Assembly (NCBI GenBank): GCA_038999725.1
Contig: JAWBWS010000001.1
Span: 41,620-105,619 of the forward strand
DNA from: Candidatus Aenigmatarchaeota archaeon
Lineage (GTDB): Archaea > Aenigmatarchaeota > Aenigmatarchaeia > CG10238-14 > SCSR01
Direction: 5' to 3'
DNA length: 64,000 bases
A program made the position numbers and the translations under genes. Positions 28,840 through 37,735 of the stretch are shown here, piece after piece. Positions within the stretch are counted from its first letter, which is position 1. Every line of letters begins with the position of its first letter. A model generated the notes under the pieces. That model was not told where the DNA came from. It ran no database searches and was given only the letters and a program-made list of their open reading frames with translations.

Positions 28840-30051
28840 TTACCATTTTGGTTTTTTCCTGAAGAAGAGTCTAGAAAGAGTTATAATTTCAAATAAAGAC
28901 AAAACCCAAGAATAGAAAAGAATATGGACTAGAAATCTCTTAAACTTAATTTTTCTATTCTTTCCTCTTATTAGAAGAAAAAACAAAATCGAAATCAAGA
29001 ACATGAAAATAAATGCAAAAGTTCTTATGTCAAGTAGTGTGTAAAACAATACTGTGCTTGAGAAAATAGATTTAGTATTGATTTCATAATTCACAAGTTG
29101 TAATAATTCAAGTGATCTCAGAGTGGTGGTAATAGTGTTGAGGATATTTAAGAAAATTACTAGCAAGAGTGCTCCAATGCATATTAAAATTTGGGGTAGG
29201 ATGAAAGCTCCCAAATCACCGTATTCAAGTCCTAGCAACTTTCTATATTTTATCAATTCAACAAAAGTGCCGTACCTCCATCTTACCCTTTGTCTCATCA
29301 AACCTCTGAAATTATTTGGGACTACTGTGTGAACTTTAGCATCATAAGCATGCGCGATGTTGAAACCATGAAGATTTATTCTCAAACCAATCTCAAAATC
29401 TTCCGTGAGACTATTTTCATCAAACCCACCGTATTTTTTGAAAAATTGAGATTTGAAGAGTACTGCGGCCGGTGCAACTGGAATTGAGTAAATTGAGGCT
29501 GTGAGCTTTCTGAAGAAATTCATGATGATGTATTCTGTCTCTTGTATTTTTTCTAAGAGATTTCTAGGCTTATAAACTTCTATTGAAGGCAATACAGCAA
29601 CCGTATCTTTATCTTGAATTTCTGAAACCATTTTAATCAAAGTGTTTTTTTCAAGAAAGCAATCTGCATCCATAGTCAAAACAAACTCACTTTTTACCTT
29701 TTTAAGACCATAATTTAAAGCACTTGCCTTTCCTCCCTTTTCTTTCCTATATACTCTTACACCCTGCTTTCTAAATTTACTTACAATCTCATAAGTTCTA
29801 TCGGTAGAGCCATCATCCACAACAATTATCTCTAGCTTATTTTTGGGATAGTTTGAATTCAAAATGGATTTAATTGCTTTTCCTATGTTTTTTTCTTCAT
29901 TGTAAGCTGGAATTATCACAGAAATCTTTGGAAATTTTCCACTAAATTTCTTACCATCAAAATCACTAGATTTTTGGATAAAAAGAAGAAAAAACCAAAT
30001 TGCTATGTAAGTGTAAATGAAGCAAACTGCTAGTATGATAAACAACATCAC
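28840..30051 (-). CDS. Processive-type GT2 glycosyltransferase (cellulose synthase/PgaC-like)
   Basis: IPAYNEE; VDDGSTD; DADC; TED; RQRVRW; flanking TM helices. Confidence 0.9.
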   Translation of the reverse strand: MMLFIILAVCFIYTYIAIWFFLLFIQKSSDFDGKKFSGKFPKISVIIPAYNEEKNIGKAIKSILNSNYPKNKLEIIVVDDGSTDRTYEIVSKFRKQGVRVYRKEKGGKASALNYGLKKVKSEFVLTMDADCFLEKNTLIKMVSEIQDKDTVAVLPSIEVYKPRNLLEKIQETEYIIMNFFRKLTASIYSIPVAPAAVLFKSQFFKKYGGFDENSLTEDFEIGLRINLHGFNIAHAYDAKVHTVVPNNFRGLMRQRVRWRYGTFVELIKYRKLLGLEYGDLGAFILPQILICIGALLLVIFLNILNTITTTLRSLELLQLVNYEINTKSIFSSTVLFYTLLDIRTFAFIFMFLISILFFLLIRGKNRKIKFKRFLVHILFYSWVLSLFEIITLSRLFFRKKPKW

Positions 30052-30082
30052 TCCAATCTAAATCTTATTTGACTGTAAAAAA

Positions 30083-30661
30083 TTAAACTTTTATCTCAAG
30101 TATAGACATTAAGAATTTAACTACAGCCAAATCAAAATTTTTCAACTGCTCCCTTAGGCTTGTCGCATTCCTGCCTTGAATGTAAACAACATGATCTTCC
30201 AGTTTTACTGAAGTTTCATTTGAAAAGACTGGATGAACGAGGGCAATTATCGGATTTTCTCTTCTTCCTCTTAGATTTTCATAACTTGTAACATTAACAA
30301 CTTTGAAGTTTGGCATGTAGGCAAAATTAAGCTTGTAAGCTATTGCAAGCTTGTTCACTATTTCAAAAACTTCAATTGCATAATGGGCATTGGTTTGGTT
30401 TTCACCTGGTTTAAAAACTATTGTTATGTTTTCTACAAGCTGATTCATAATTTCTTTGCGAATCGTTTCTTCGCTTGGATAAACTACCACATCTTTTACA
30501 TCTCTTAAATTAACTCTGAATCTCATCTTGACTCCCATATAGTTTACGGAATAGATTGGAAATGGTATATAGGGGTATAGTGTTATAAGTAATAAGATTG
30601 CTAGCAAGAAAAATGTCAAAACTATAATCTTTCCTCTTGTTATAATTACCTTAACTTTCAT
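30083..30661 (-). CDS. Membrane-anchored hypothetical protein
   Basis: 192-aa ORF with N-terminal TM. Confidence 0.6.
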   Translation of the reverse strand: MKVKVIITRGKIIVLTFFLLAILLLITLYPYIPFPIYSVNYMGVKMRFRVNLRDVKDVVVYPSEETIRKEIMNQLVENITIVFKPGENQTNAHYAIEVFEIVNKLAIAYKLNFAYMPNFKVVNVTSYENLRGRRENPIIALVHPVFSNETSVKLEDHVVYIQGRNATSLREQLKNFDLAVVKFLMSILEIKV

Positions 30662-30732
30662 AGAATTAGAATTTGTTTTTCAAAAATAAAAAGAAAGGGA
30701 AAGCTGTCAAAGATTCCAGCAAGGCATCAGCC

Positions 30733-32823
30733 TTAAATCGGCGTGATACCTGCTGTTGTGGCTGCAGTGACCTTAACAGCTTTAGCTGTCTGGTCTTTAA
30801 GTAATGTATCGTATTGTTGAACCACAGAGCATGCTGTTCTTGTGTTAGCTGCTTCCCATCCTGCCACAACTATTGTGAACTTGCCTTTGGCAGGATAGTC
30901 TTCAACTACTTTTATTATAGCAGCATTCTCTGGTATTGTTGAAGCTGCTCCACAAGCTGGGAATGTTAGACCCAAAGCTGCGGCAGCTTCCTTGTTGACA
31001 CATGGTCCACCAACTACGACAAGATTCTTTGTCTTGTCTGTAGCAGTAAGCTCAGTGTCAAGTCTTGCTATTGGCATTGTAACTGAGACATATTTCTTGT
31101 AAGTTTGTCCTTCTACTGCTGCTCCCAGCTTACCAACATAGACTTTTGCCTTTTGTTGGTCAGCCGGAAGGCTTATTACAACCTTGTTTGTTACTGAGTT
31201 GGACTTAATTCCCTCTATCACTGTTCCATAGTCAAGAGTTTCTTTCCATTCTTGTGCTCCTTTTTCACTCGTTCCTACTATTACATCTACTCCTTCAGCT
31301 TCTGATTCTTTATAACCAAGGATGAACTTCTTTGCTGTTGCATCGTAAGTGAATAGAGATTTTATGAGGTCTGTGTCTTGTGTATCTATCGTTAATGTAG
31401 CCACAGTTGGTGGTAATGATGCACTTGTAGCATTGTTGTATAGTATGTTGAATGTATGCTTGTCATATTTTCCTGAAAGTGCTATACCATTATCTAGTGA
31501 AGTATTGGTCCAGGCGCTACCACTCACTATCTTACCAAGCGAATCATCATAGTATGCCAATCGTAAGTGTTCAGAACCACTAGTGTAATTGTAAGCAATG
31601 TATGCCTTGCTATATTGCTCTCCATAAAATACTGGCTTGTCAGCTGTAATAACAATAGCCGGCAATTCTGCCTCCAGCTTTGTATCTGGATTAGCTATGT
31701 TGTAAATTCCACCATATGTCTTTCCTGGTGTAATTGTTAACTTGACGAAATCTTTAACTGCTAACTCATGGAAGCCTAAGTCGAAGTAATCATTTGGAAC
31801 AATTACTTTCTCTCCAGCCTTTAGATATTTGTTCGTCTCGTTTATTAGGGAATAAGTCAAAGCTATGTAATCTAGATTTTGTGTTGATTTTGTGGCTTCT
31901 ATGTCAAATGTCCAATAGTCGTTCAATGGGAAGGCGTCTCCGTCACCATATTCCTTGAGGGTCTTGCCTTTTGGTCCTACAACAATATCTGCTTTTACCA
32001 CAACATTGTCACTTGTAGCAATCACGTCCAGGAGCATTACCTCTAAGCCGGTGACCGAACTTGTAGCTGCAGTAGATCCTTTTCTAGGCCAGACTGTGTC
32101 AACTCTACTGTCTCCTTTCATTATGTTTATTTTCGCCCAATCAGTACCACCCATCTCTGCGTAAAATGTGTACTCACCGTATGTTAGTCCAGTTTTTCCA
32201 TCAATCGATCCTGTTACACCTGTCAACACTTTGATTTTATCATCATCTGTAACATTCACGATTGAGAACTCTTGACCAAACAGCTTTACTTTGAACAACT
32301 TGTCATAACTTCCTGCCAATTTTATTGGTGTCGTGAACTTTACCTTGTATGTTAGTAGGGTTGTCGCAGAGGAAAGATCTACATATACAGTTCCATTTAG
32401 CTCTGCATCATGTTTAACTACAGCATTAGGAATTGTAATTTCTTCTACTAGCCAAGAGCTTTGGTCTTCATAGGTTATTGTTTCTCTTCTCAAGAGGGGT
32501 ACTTGAGTTTGTGTCAAAGGATCTGTACCGAATTGGGTTGTTAGATCAGCATCGAATGCTACTGATACCTCTTTTCCTGTCACCGCTGCAGCTGCTCCTG
32601 GTAATGTAACCTCTTCTGTTGATAGCCCTGCCAAAGTTATTGCTATGTCTGCTGCTCCTACAACATCCTCAGGCTTGGCAGTTGCTCCAATTACTATTAG
32701 CCAATCTTCCACTGGCGTACCAAGTGAGGGTATGGCATCGCCAAGGGTTACTGCCAAGACCGGATAAACTGTTGTAAGAGCGGTCAATGCAGCCATAAGG
32801 CCTGCAATCAACTTTTCTTTCAT
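30733..32823 (-). CDS. S-layer protein (Methanococcales/Thermococcales S-layer N/C-type)
   Basis: Signal peptide; IVIGATAKPEDVVGAADIA at the N-terminus and NLVVVGGPCVN...VAGWEA at the C-terminus; distinct codon usage typical of high expression. Confidence 0.88.
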   Translation of the reverse strand: MKEKLIAGLMAALTALTTVYPVLAVTLGDAIPSLGTPVEDWLIVIGATAKPEDVVGAADIAITLAGLSTEEVTLPGAAAAVTGKEVSVAFDADLTTQFGTDPLTQTQVPLLRRETITYEDQSSWLVEEITIPNAVVKHDAELNGTVYVDLSSATTLLTYKVKFTTPIKLAGSYDKLFKVKLFGQEFSIVNVTDDDKIKVLTGVTGSIDGKTGLTYGEYTFYAEMGGTDWAKINIMKGDSRVDTVWPRKGSTAATSSVTGLEVMLLDVIATSDNVVVKADIVVGPKGKTLKEYGDGDAFPLNDYWTFDIEATKSTQNLDYIALTYSLINETNKYLKAGEKVIVPNDYFDLGFHELAVKDFVKLTITPGKTYGGIYNIANPDTKLEAELPAIVITADKPVFYGEQYSKAYIAYNYTSGSEHLRLAYYDDSLGKIVSGSAWTNTSLDNGIALSGKYDKHTFNILYNNATSASLPPTVATLTIDTQDTDLIKSLFTYDATAKKFILGYKESEAEGVDVIVGTSEKGAQEWKETLDYGTVIEGIKSNSVTNKVVISLPADQQKAKVYVGKLGAAVEGQTYKKYVSVTMPIARLDTELTATDKTKNLVVVGGPCVNKEAAAALGLTFPACGAASTIPENAAIIKVVEDYPAKGKFTIVVAGWEAANTRTACSVVQQYDTLLKDQTAKAVKVTAATTAGITPI

Positions 32824-32846
32824 ATTTTTACCTCAATTTTTCCTTT

Positions 32847-32878
32847 CTGTTCAGTACAGCAAGGGCTATACTGAACAG
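32847..32878 (-). promoter_or_regulatory. Stem-loop in the predicted 5' UTR of the S-layer mRNA
   Basis: CTGTTCAGTA/TACTGAACAG perfect inverted repeat, extending to about 14 bp with a 4-nt loop on the minus strand; TTTATATA box at about 32918-32925; GAGGT SD before the ATG. Confidence 0.6.
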
Positions 32879-33067
32879 TCTCGGGATTTTTCTTAAATAA
32901 AAATTAATTTTTGTGGCTATATATAAATTTCCTGAAACAATTTATAAGAAATTGAAACTGTTTCACCAAACCCATAAAAACAGGTTTATAGCCAATTATA
33001 AAATCGCTAATTGTTTCTAGAGTAAAAATATGACAAAAAATATAAAAATAAAGCTTTATTTAGACTT

Positions 33068-33973
33068 TTAGAAAAACTTAAACTTTTTCTTCACAATTTT
33101 CAGCTTGTTTGTCCTCCCAAGTCTCTTGATTTCTATTAACCCACGATCTGCCAAGCTTCTAACAACCCTTGAGACCTTTGCTTTTGATAAGTTTGTGATC
33201 TGAACCACTTTCTTCTGGTTAACTTCTCCACCTGCAGCAATTATAGCGTCCATAACTTTTCTCTCAAATTCATCCAAAACAGAAAGAATTATCTTCTCCG
33301 ACTTCTTGAAAAATCTGAAGTAAATCAAAACTGAAGCGAAAATTGTAACAAAAAGGGAAATGCCCAAGTAAAATAAAGCTTGTGAGAATCGATCTTCCTT
33401 AAATTTTTCATAAATTATCCTAAACCTTAGCTCTTGATCTTCAGAAATATTCAGCAACTTCCAAGTTACTATGTGATGCCTGCCATCACTAAATATTGTC
33501 ACGTTCTGTGGAAAAGAAAGCCTTCCTTTTACTTCCTCACCAACCAAAGAAAATCCCTCTGGGAGTTTGACCGAAATAAAGACGCTTGTTATTTTTCTAC
33601 CCAAACTAAAATCTGCATCAAAGATGTGATTTTTATCAATAACTTTAACAAAGTCACTTGTCTCGAAATTCAGCTCAATTGTTCTTCTCTCTTGTGTTAA
33701 GTTTAGTTTACATTTAACAACACTTATGGCTCCTGAATTTAAACTGCAATCGATTGGCAAACCCATGCTACTTGCATTCAACTTTTCCATTCTCCCTATC
33801 AAACTCAATTCAAATTCTCCTTCGGGTTGAAGGAAAGTTATTGTTAATTTGGTTTTAGTTCTTCCCCTTTCGTCTATTACAGCATCTATACCATAATATT
33901 GAATTTGAGCAAAAACTGTGGAAGAAAGCAAAGCTAAAACCAAAAAAAATGATGTTAAAGCTAAAAGTTTCAC
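33068..33973 (-). CDS. Membrane protein with extracellular domain, TM and cytoplasmic winged HTH (COG2512-like)
   Basis: Signal peptide; TM; C-terminal QKKVVQITNLSKAKVSRVVRSLADRGLI. Confidence 0.75.
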   Translation of the reverse strand: MKLLALTSFFLVLALLSSTVFAQIQYYGIDAVIDERGRTKTKLTITFLQPEGEFELSLIGRMEKLNASSMGLPIDCSLNSGAISVVKCKLNLTQERRTIELNFETSDFVKVIDKNHIFDADFSLGRKITSVFISVKLPEGFSLVGEEVKGRLSFPQNVTIFSDGRHHIVTWKLLNISEDQELRFRIIYEKFKEDRFSQALFYLGISLFVTIFASVLIYFRFFKKSEKIILSVLDEFERKVMDAIIAAGGEVNQKKVVQITNLSKAKVSRVVRSLADRGLIEIKRLGRTNKLKIVKKKFKFF

Positions 33974-34008
33974 AAATAAAATGAGTTTTCTTGTTAATTT
34001 ATATTTTC

Positions 34009-35007
34009 CTATTTCAACACAAGATTAATCCCGAGTCCACACTTTGGGCATCTCCCATCTACCAAGTTTATCTTCTTTGTGGAAAGGTTTTCCCTTATTA
34101 TTAAAGGTTCTTGACAATTGTAACAATAGGTGTTTTGATTTGGATTTTTCGATACATTGCTTATGTAAACGAACCTTAAACCTGCAGCCCTAGCAACATC
34201 GGCACATCTCTCTAAAACACTAATTGGCGTGGCAGGCAAGCCTGGAAATTTTGGACTTGGATGAAATTGCAACACGTGAAAGGGAATTTCTGAACCAAAC
34301 TCCATGTTTATGAGCTCGGCAAGCTTTCTACATTCCTCTAAATCATCCCCCACTTGTGGAATTATTGTATTGGCAATTTCAAGGAATATCCTGTGTTTTT
34401 TCATTTGTTTAAGTGTATCTATAACTGGAGAAATCTCAGGAATCAAACCGTATTGTGTCATGAATTGTTTAGAGCCAGAAGCTTTAAATCTTACGCTTGC
34501 TGCATCAAGATATTTTGCTATTTTCTTTACAGCATCTTCTGTCACATAGCCGTTAGTCACGAAAATATTTTTTATATTGGCTCTGTGAGCATATTTTGCT
34601 ATCTTGAATGTAAACTCAAAAGATATTGTAGGTTCTGTAAAAGAATAGGATATGCTCTTACACCCTTTCTTTTCTGCAGCCTCCGCCACATCTTCTGCTG
34701 AAATCTCCTTGGCTTCTAAATTTTCCAAAGCAGAACCATTTATACAAAAATTATCATTCAGCTCACAACCTGGAAGTGAAACAAAAAGGCTTTTGGACTT
34801 TGGTAAGAAGTGAAATAAAAGGCTTTTTTCTACCCAATCAACATTTAAACCTAAAACTTTCTCGTAGTTAAGGGTGTAAAGTTTATTGTTTTCATTTTTT
34901 CTAACTTGGCAAAGGCCAAATTTTTCTTTAGAGATAAAGCATCTTGCATGGCAAAGGTCGCAACGCACACCATTTCTTTCCTTGTGCCAAAGCATAGCTT
35001 CTTGCAT
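34009..35007 (-). CDS. AmmeMemoRadiSam/PFL-activase-like radical SAM protein with altered cluster motif
   Basis: N-terminal CDLCHARC; GCELNDNFC in place of CxxxCxxC; TEP; VTNG; C-terminal CYNC...CPKC. Confidence 0.8.
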   Translation of the reverse strand: MQEAMLWHKERNGVRCDLCHARCFISKEKFGLCQVRKNENNKLYTLNYEKVLGLNVDWVEKSLLFHFLPKSKSLFVSLPGCELNDNFCINGSALENLEAKEISAEDVAEAAEKKGCKSISYSFTEPTISFEFTFKIAKYAHRANIKNIFVTNGYVTEDAVKKIAKYLDAASVRFKASGSKQFMTQYGLIPEISPVIDTLKQMKKHRIFLEIANTIIPQVGDDLEECRKLAELINMEFGSEIPFHVLQFHPSPKFPGLPATPISVLERCADVARAAGLRFVYISNVSKNPNQNTYCYNCQEPLIIRENLSTKKINLVDGRCPKCGLGINLVLK

Positions 35008-35067
35008 TCTCTTCCCCTTAAAAAATCTACAAATATAATATTAGTCGTGTAAAGAAATATAGATTAG

Positions 35068-35151
35068 GCCCCAGTAGCTCAGCCTGGAAGAGCAACTACC
35101 TCGTAAAGTCGAAAAAGTAGTGGGTCGAGGGTTCAAATCCCTCCTGGGGCT
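35068..35151 (+). tRNA. tRNA-Thr(CGT) with 10-nt intron at 37/38 (35106-35115)
   Basis: GCCCCAG/CTGGGGC acceptor; ACTAC/GTAGT anticodon stem around a 17-nt loop. Confidence 0.88.
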
Positions 35152-35225
35152 TTATTTAATCCAAATCATTAAACCTGCACTAGCAAATAGAATGAATTAA
35201 AGGTTTTATAAGTTAATTCAATCTT

Positions 35226-36167
35226 ATGATAAGAATACTATTTTTCTCCAGTAAAGAATACTTTAGCTATGGTTTTGAAAACCATCCTTTCTCTAGAGAG
35301 AGATATGAAGAAACCATTAAAGAAATGGAAAGAAGGAATTTGTTCGATAGAGAAAATTTAAAAATAATTGAACCGAAAAGAGCAAGCGAAAAAATTTTAA
35401 GGCTGTTTCATTCTCAAGATTACATAAATATAGTGAAAGAGCTTTCTGAAAAGGGGGAAGGTTATTTAGATCCAGACACACCTGCTTTCAAAGGAATGTT
35501 TGAAGTAAGTAGCACAGTCGTAGGGGCTTCTGTGGAGGCTGTTGAAAGAGTTTTAAAAGGCGAAGCTGACAAAAGCTTTAACTTGGTTGGTGGATTACAT
35601 CACGCAAAGAGGCAAGGAAGCTCGGGATTTTGTATTTTTAATGATGTGGCAATTGCAATAAGTTATGCTTTGGATAAGTTAAAAGCCAAAAGAATTTTTT
35701 ATGTTGATGTAGATGCTCACCATGGGGATGGAGTCTTTTATAGTTTTTATGAGGATGAAAGAGTTTGGATTGCTGACATTCACCAAGATGGTACAACTTT
35801 ATTTCCTGGGACAGGATTTGAGTTTGAAGTTGGGGGAGGAAAAGCCTATGGGACAAAGAGGAATTTTTCCCTACCTCCTTATTCTGGAGACAAAGAATTG
35901 ATGGAAGCTTTATGTAAAATTTTAGAGTTCGGTGAAAAAGCTGAACCTGAAATAATCCTGCTTCAAGCAGGAGCTGATGGAATAAAAGGAGATCCTTTAA
36001 CTCAATTGCAATATTCTTTGAAAGCCCACTCAAAGTTTGTGAGAGAAATAAATGAATTGGCAGAAAAAATTTGTGAAGGTAAGCTTATAATTTTTGGAGG
36101 AGGAGGCTATAACATAACCAATTGTAAGAAGGCTTGGTCTAATGCATTAGAGATATTGTTGAAGTGA
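35226..36167 (+). CDS. Histone deacetylase / AcuC family protein
   Basis: GGLHHA; GFCIFND; DVDAHHGDG; QAGAD; GGGGY. Confidence 0.95.
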   Translation: MIRILFFSSKEYFSYGFENHPFSRERYEETIKEMERRNLFDRENLKIIEPKRASEKILRLFHSQDYINIVKELSEKGEGYLDPDTPAFKGMFEVSSTVVGASVEAVERVLKGEADKSFNLVGGLHHAKRQGSSGFCIFNDVAIAISYALDKLKAKRIFYVDVDAHHGDGVFYSFYEDERVWIADIHQDGTTLFPGTGFEFEVGGGKAYGTKRNFSLPPYSGDKELMEALCKILEFGEKAEPEIILLQAGADGIKGDPLTQLQYSLKAHSKFVREINELAEKICEGKLIIFGGGGYNITNCKKAWSNALEILLK

Positions 36168-36226
36168 ATTTAAACTTGCAATCATCAGGCTTAAGAATTA
36201 AAATTGCAAAATAAAAATGAGGTGAA

Positions 36227-36553
36227 ATGATGGAAATCCTGCTTTGGATAGAGCAAAAGAATTTGCAAAAGGTTAAGGATATTTTGCTTAAAGATGATGT
36301 TGTGTCAAGAGCTAGTATAACTTTCAAAGAAGCAAAAATAATGACTAACAAAGAAGGTTACTATTCTTATATTTCTGGTACAGAAGAGCAATGTGTGAGG
36401 GCTTTAGAGATAGTAAAACTTAAAAATGAAAAAACAGGTGAAATAGTTGAATTAGCCAGAGAGGTAAAAGAAGAAGAAAGGAAGGAAGTGATAAATAAAA
36501 TTAAAGAAGAAGAAAGGAAGGCAATGGAAGGATTTGGGGGTATATTTGGATAA
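36227..36553 (+). CDS. Hypothetical protein
   Basis: 108-aa ORF with GAGGTG SD upstream; ends GFGGIFG. Confidence 0.7.
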   Translation: MMEILLWIEQKNLQKVKDILLKDDVVSRASITFKEAKIMTNKEGYYSYISGTEEQCVRALEIVKLKNEKTGEIVELAREVKEEERKEVINKIKEEERKAMEGFGGIFG

Positions 36554-36568
36554 ATTGCATTTCAACTC

Positions 36569-36685
36569 GCGCTGGTAGTCCAGTCGAGAATGACTCTGGA
36601 TTGGTCTAAGACGTCGATTTAAGCGGAACCCTGCCAACCAGAGGACAGAGCGGCGGAGACCCGGGTTCAAATCCCGGCCAGCGCA
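36569..36685 (+). tRNA. tRNA-Gly(GCC) with three introns (36586-36601 in D-loop; 36617-36628 at 29/30; 36637-36650 at 37/38)
   Basis: Removing 16+12+14 nt leaves a 75-nt canonical cloverleaf; each junction forms a BHB-like motif. Confidence 0.85.
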
Positions 36686-36820
36686 TTTAACTTTTTTCTT
36701 CAATTCTCCTTTCTTGGAAGCTTGAGTAGTAAGCCAACTGACGATGTTGCTGGGTTTGGAGGGCTAGAGTGCATTTAAGCTTATATTTCTGAATTCTAAA
36801 TAATTTTATTGTTGATTTCC

Positions 36821-37330
36821 ATGATTTTTGGAAAGAAAAAAGATGAAAAAGAAGAACAAAAAATTTTTTCAAAAATTGAAGAGATTAAGCTCCCTACACT
36901 TGAAGAAATTAAATCACAAGAAACTCTAAAAGAGCAAGAAAGGAAGATTGAATCCAAGCCCTTGATTGAAGAACCTATACATCCTCAGCCATTGCCACAA
37001 AAAAGTGAAATTGTGAGAAAATTGCCCCTTTTTGTAAAACTTGAAAATTACGAAGAACTTATTACAGCGATAAGTGAACTAAAAGAAGTTTTGAGTTTGA
37101 TTAAAACCTCTTTTTCTTTGCTTGAAGAGGGTGAAAGAACAAAAATTGAAGCTATGGGAACAATCAAAGAAAACTTAAGCAAGGTAGAAGAAAAAATTTC
37201 CTATTTGAATTCAAGTTTGCTGGCTTCCGTACAAGAAGAAAAGAAATACCAAACTGAAGAAATCAAGAATTCTCTTTTAGAATTGAAAGCAAAAATTGAA
37301 AAACTTAAACAAGAAATGCAGAGAATTTGA
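36821..37330 (+). CDS. Coiled-coil hypothetical protein
   Basis: LPLFVKLENYEEL motif followed by long heptad-like helices. Confidence 0.7.
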   Translation: MIFGKKKDEKEEQKIFSKIEEIKLPTLEEIKSQETLKEQERKIESKPLIEEPIHPQPLPQKSEIVRKLPLFVKLENYEELITAISELKEVLSLIKTSFSLLEEGERTKIEAMGTIKENLSKVEEKISYLNSSLLASVQEEKKYQTEEIKNSLLELKAKIEKLKQEMQRI

Positions 37331-37368
37331 TAAATTTTTTTCTTTTCTTTTTAAAAATAATTAATTGG

Positions 37369-37486
37369 GCAGGGGTAGCCAAGCGGTTAAAGGCGGCAGG
37401 CTCAAGTTTGGTTGAGCTTTGATCTGAGATGAAAGAAGGAACCTGCTGGCTTAGTGCCTTCGTGGGTTCGAATCCCACCCCCTGCA
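37369..37486 (+). tRNA. tRNA-Leu(CAA) with 34-nt intron at 37/38 (37407-37440)
   Basis: GCAGGGG/CCCCTGC acceptor; long variable arm; GCAGG/CCTGC anticodon stem; 84 nt mature. Confidence 0.92.
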
Positions 37487-37540
37487 TGATTTTTCTAACG
37501 TGCACCAGTCTTAATGAAATCGAAAAACTGAGTACAGAAT

Positions 37541-37700
37541 ATGAGAGTTGATATACACAATTATGAGAAGAGATTACAATATTTTCTAAATAGACTGAAT
37601 GGAATAGACAAAGAAAATAAAGAGGATATTTTTAAAATTTGTTAAGTATCTTTTTGCTGAAGGAATTTCAAAGGGAAGGATTGCCAAGTATGTTTTTTGA
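37541..37700 (+). pseudogene. Truncated, frameshifted N-terminal fragment of an archaeal tyrosine integrase
   Basis: MRVDIHNYEKRL...KENKEDI then (frameshift at T5, 37629-37633) LKFVKYLFAEGISKGRIAKYVF*; lies 55 bp downstream of tRNA-Leu. Confidence 0.6.
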
Positions 37701-37735
37701 TAATAAATAATCAATCTATAAAGCAATATTAAATT

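Noticed and set aside
36715-36775. Moderately GC-rich intergenic stretch after tRNA-Gly as a box C/D sRNA or 24-aa ORF
   Set aside because: It contains CTGA and TGACGA but not in a convincing C-D'-C'-D order, and there is no SD for the ORF; left unexplained.
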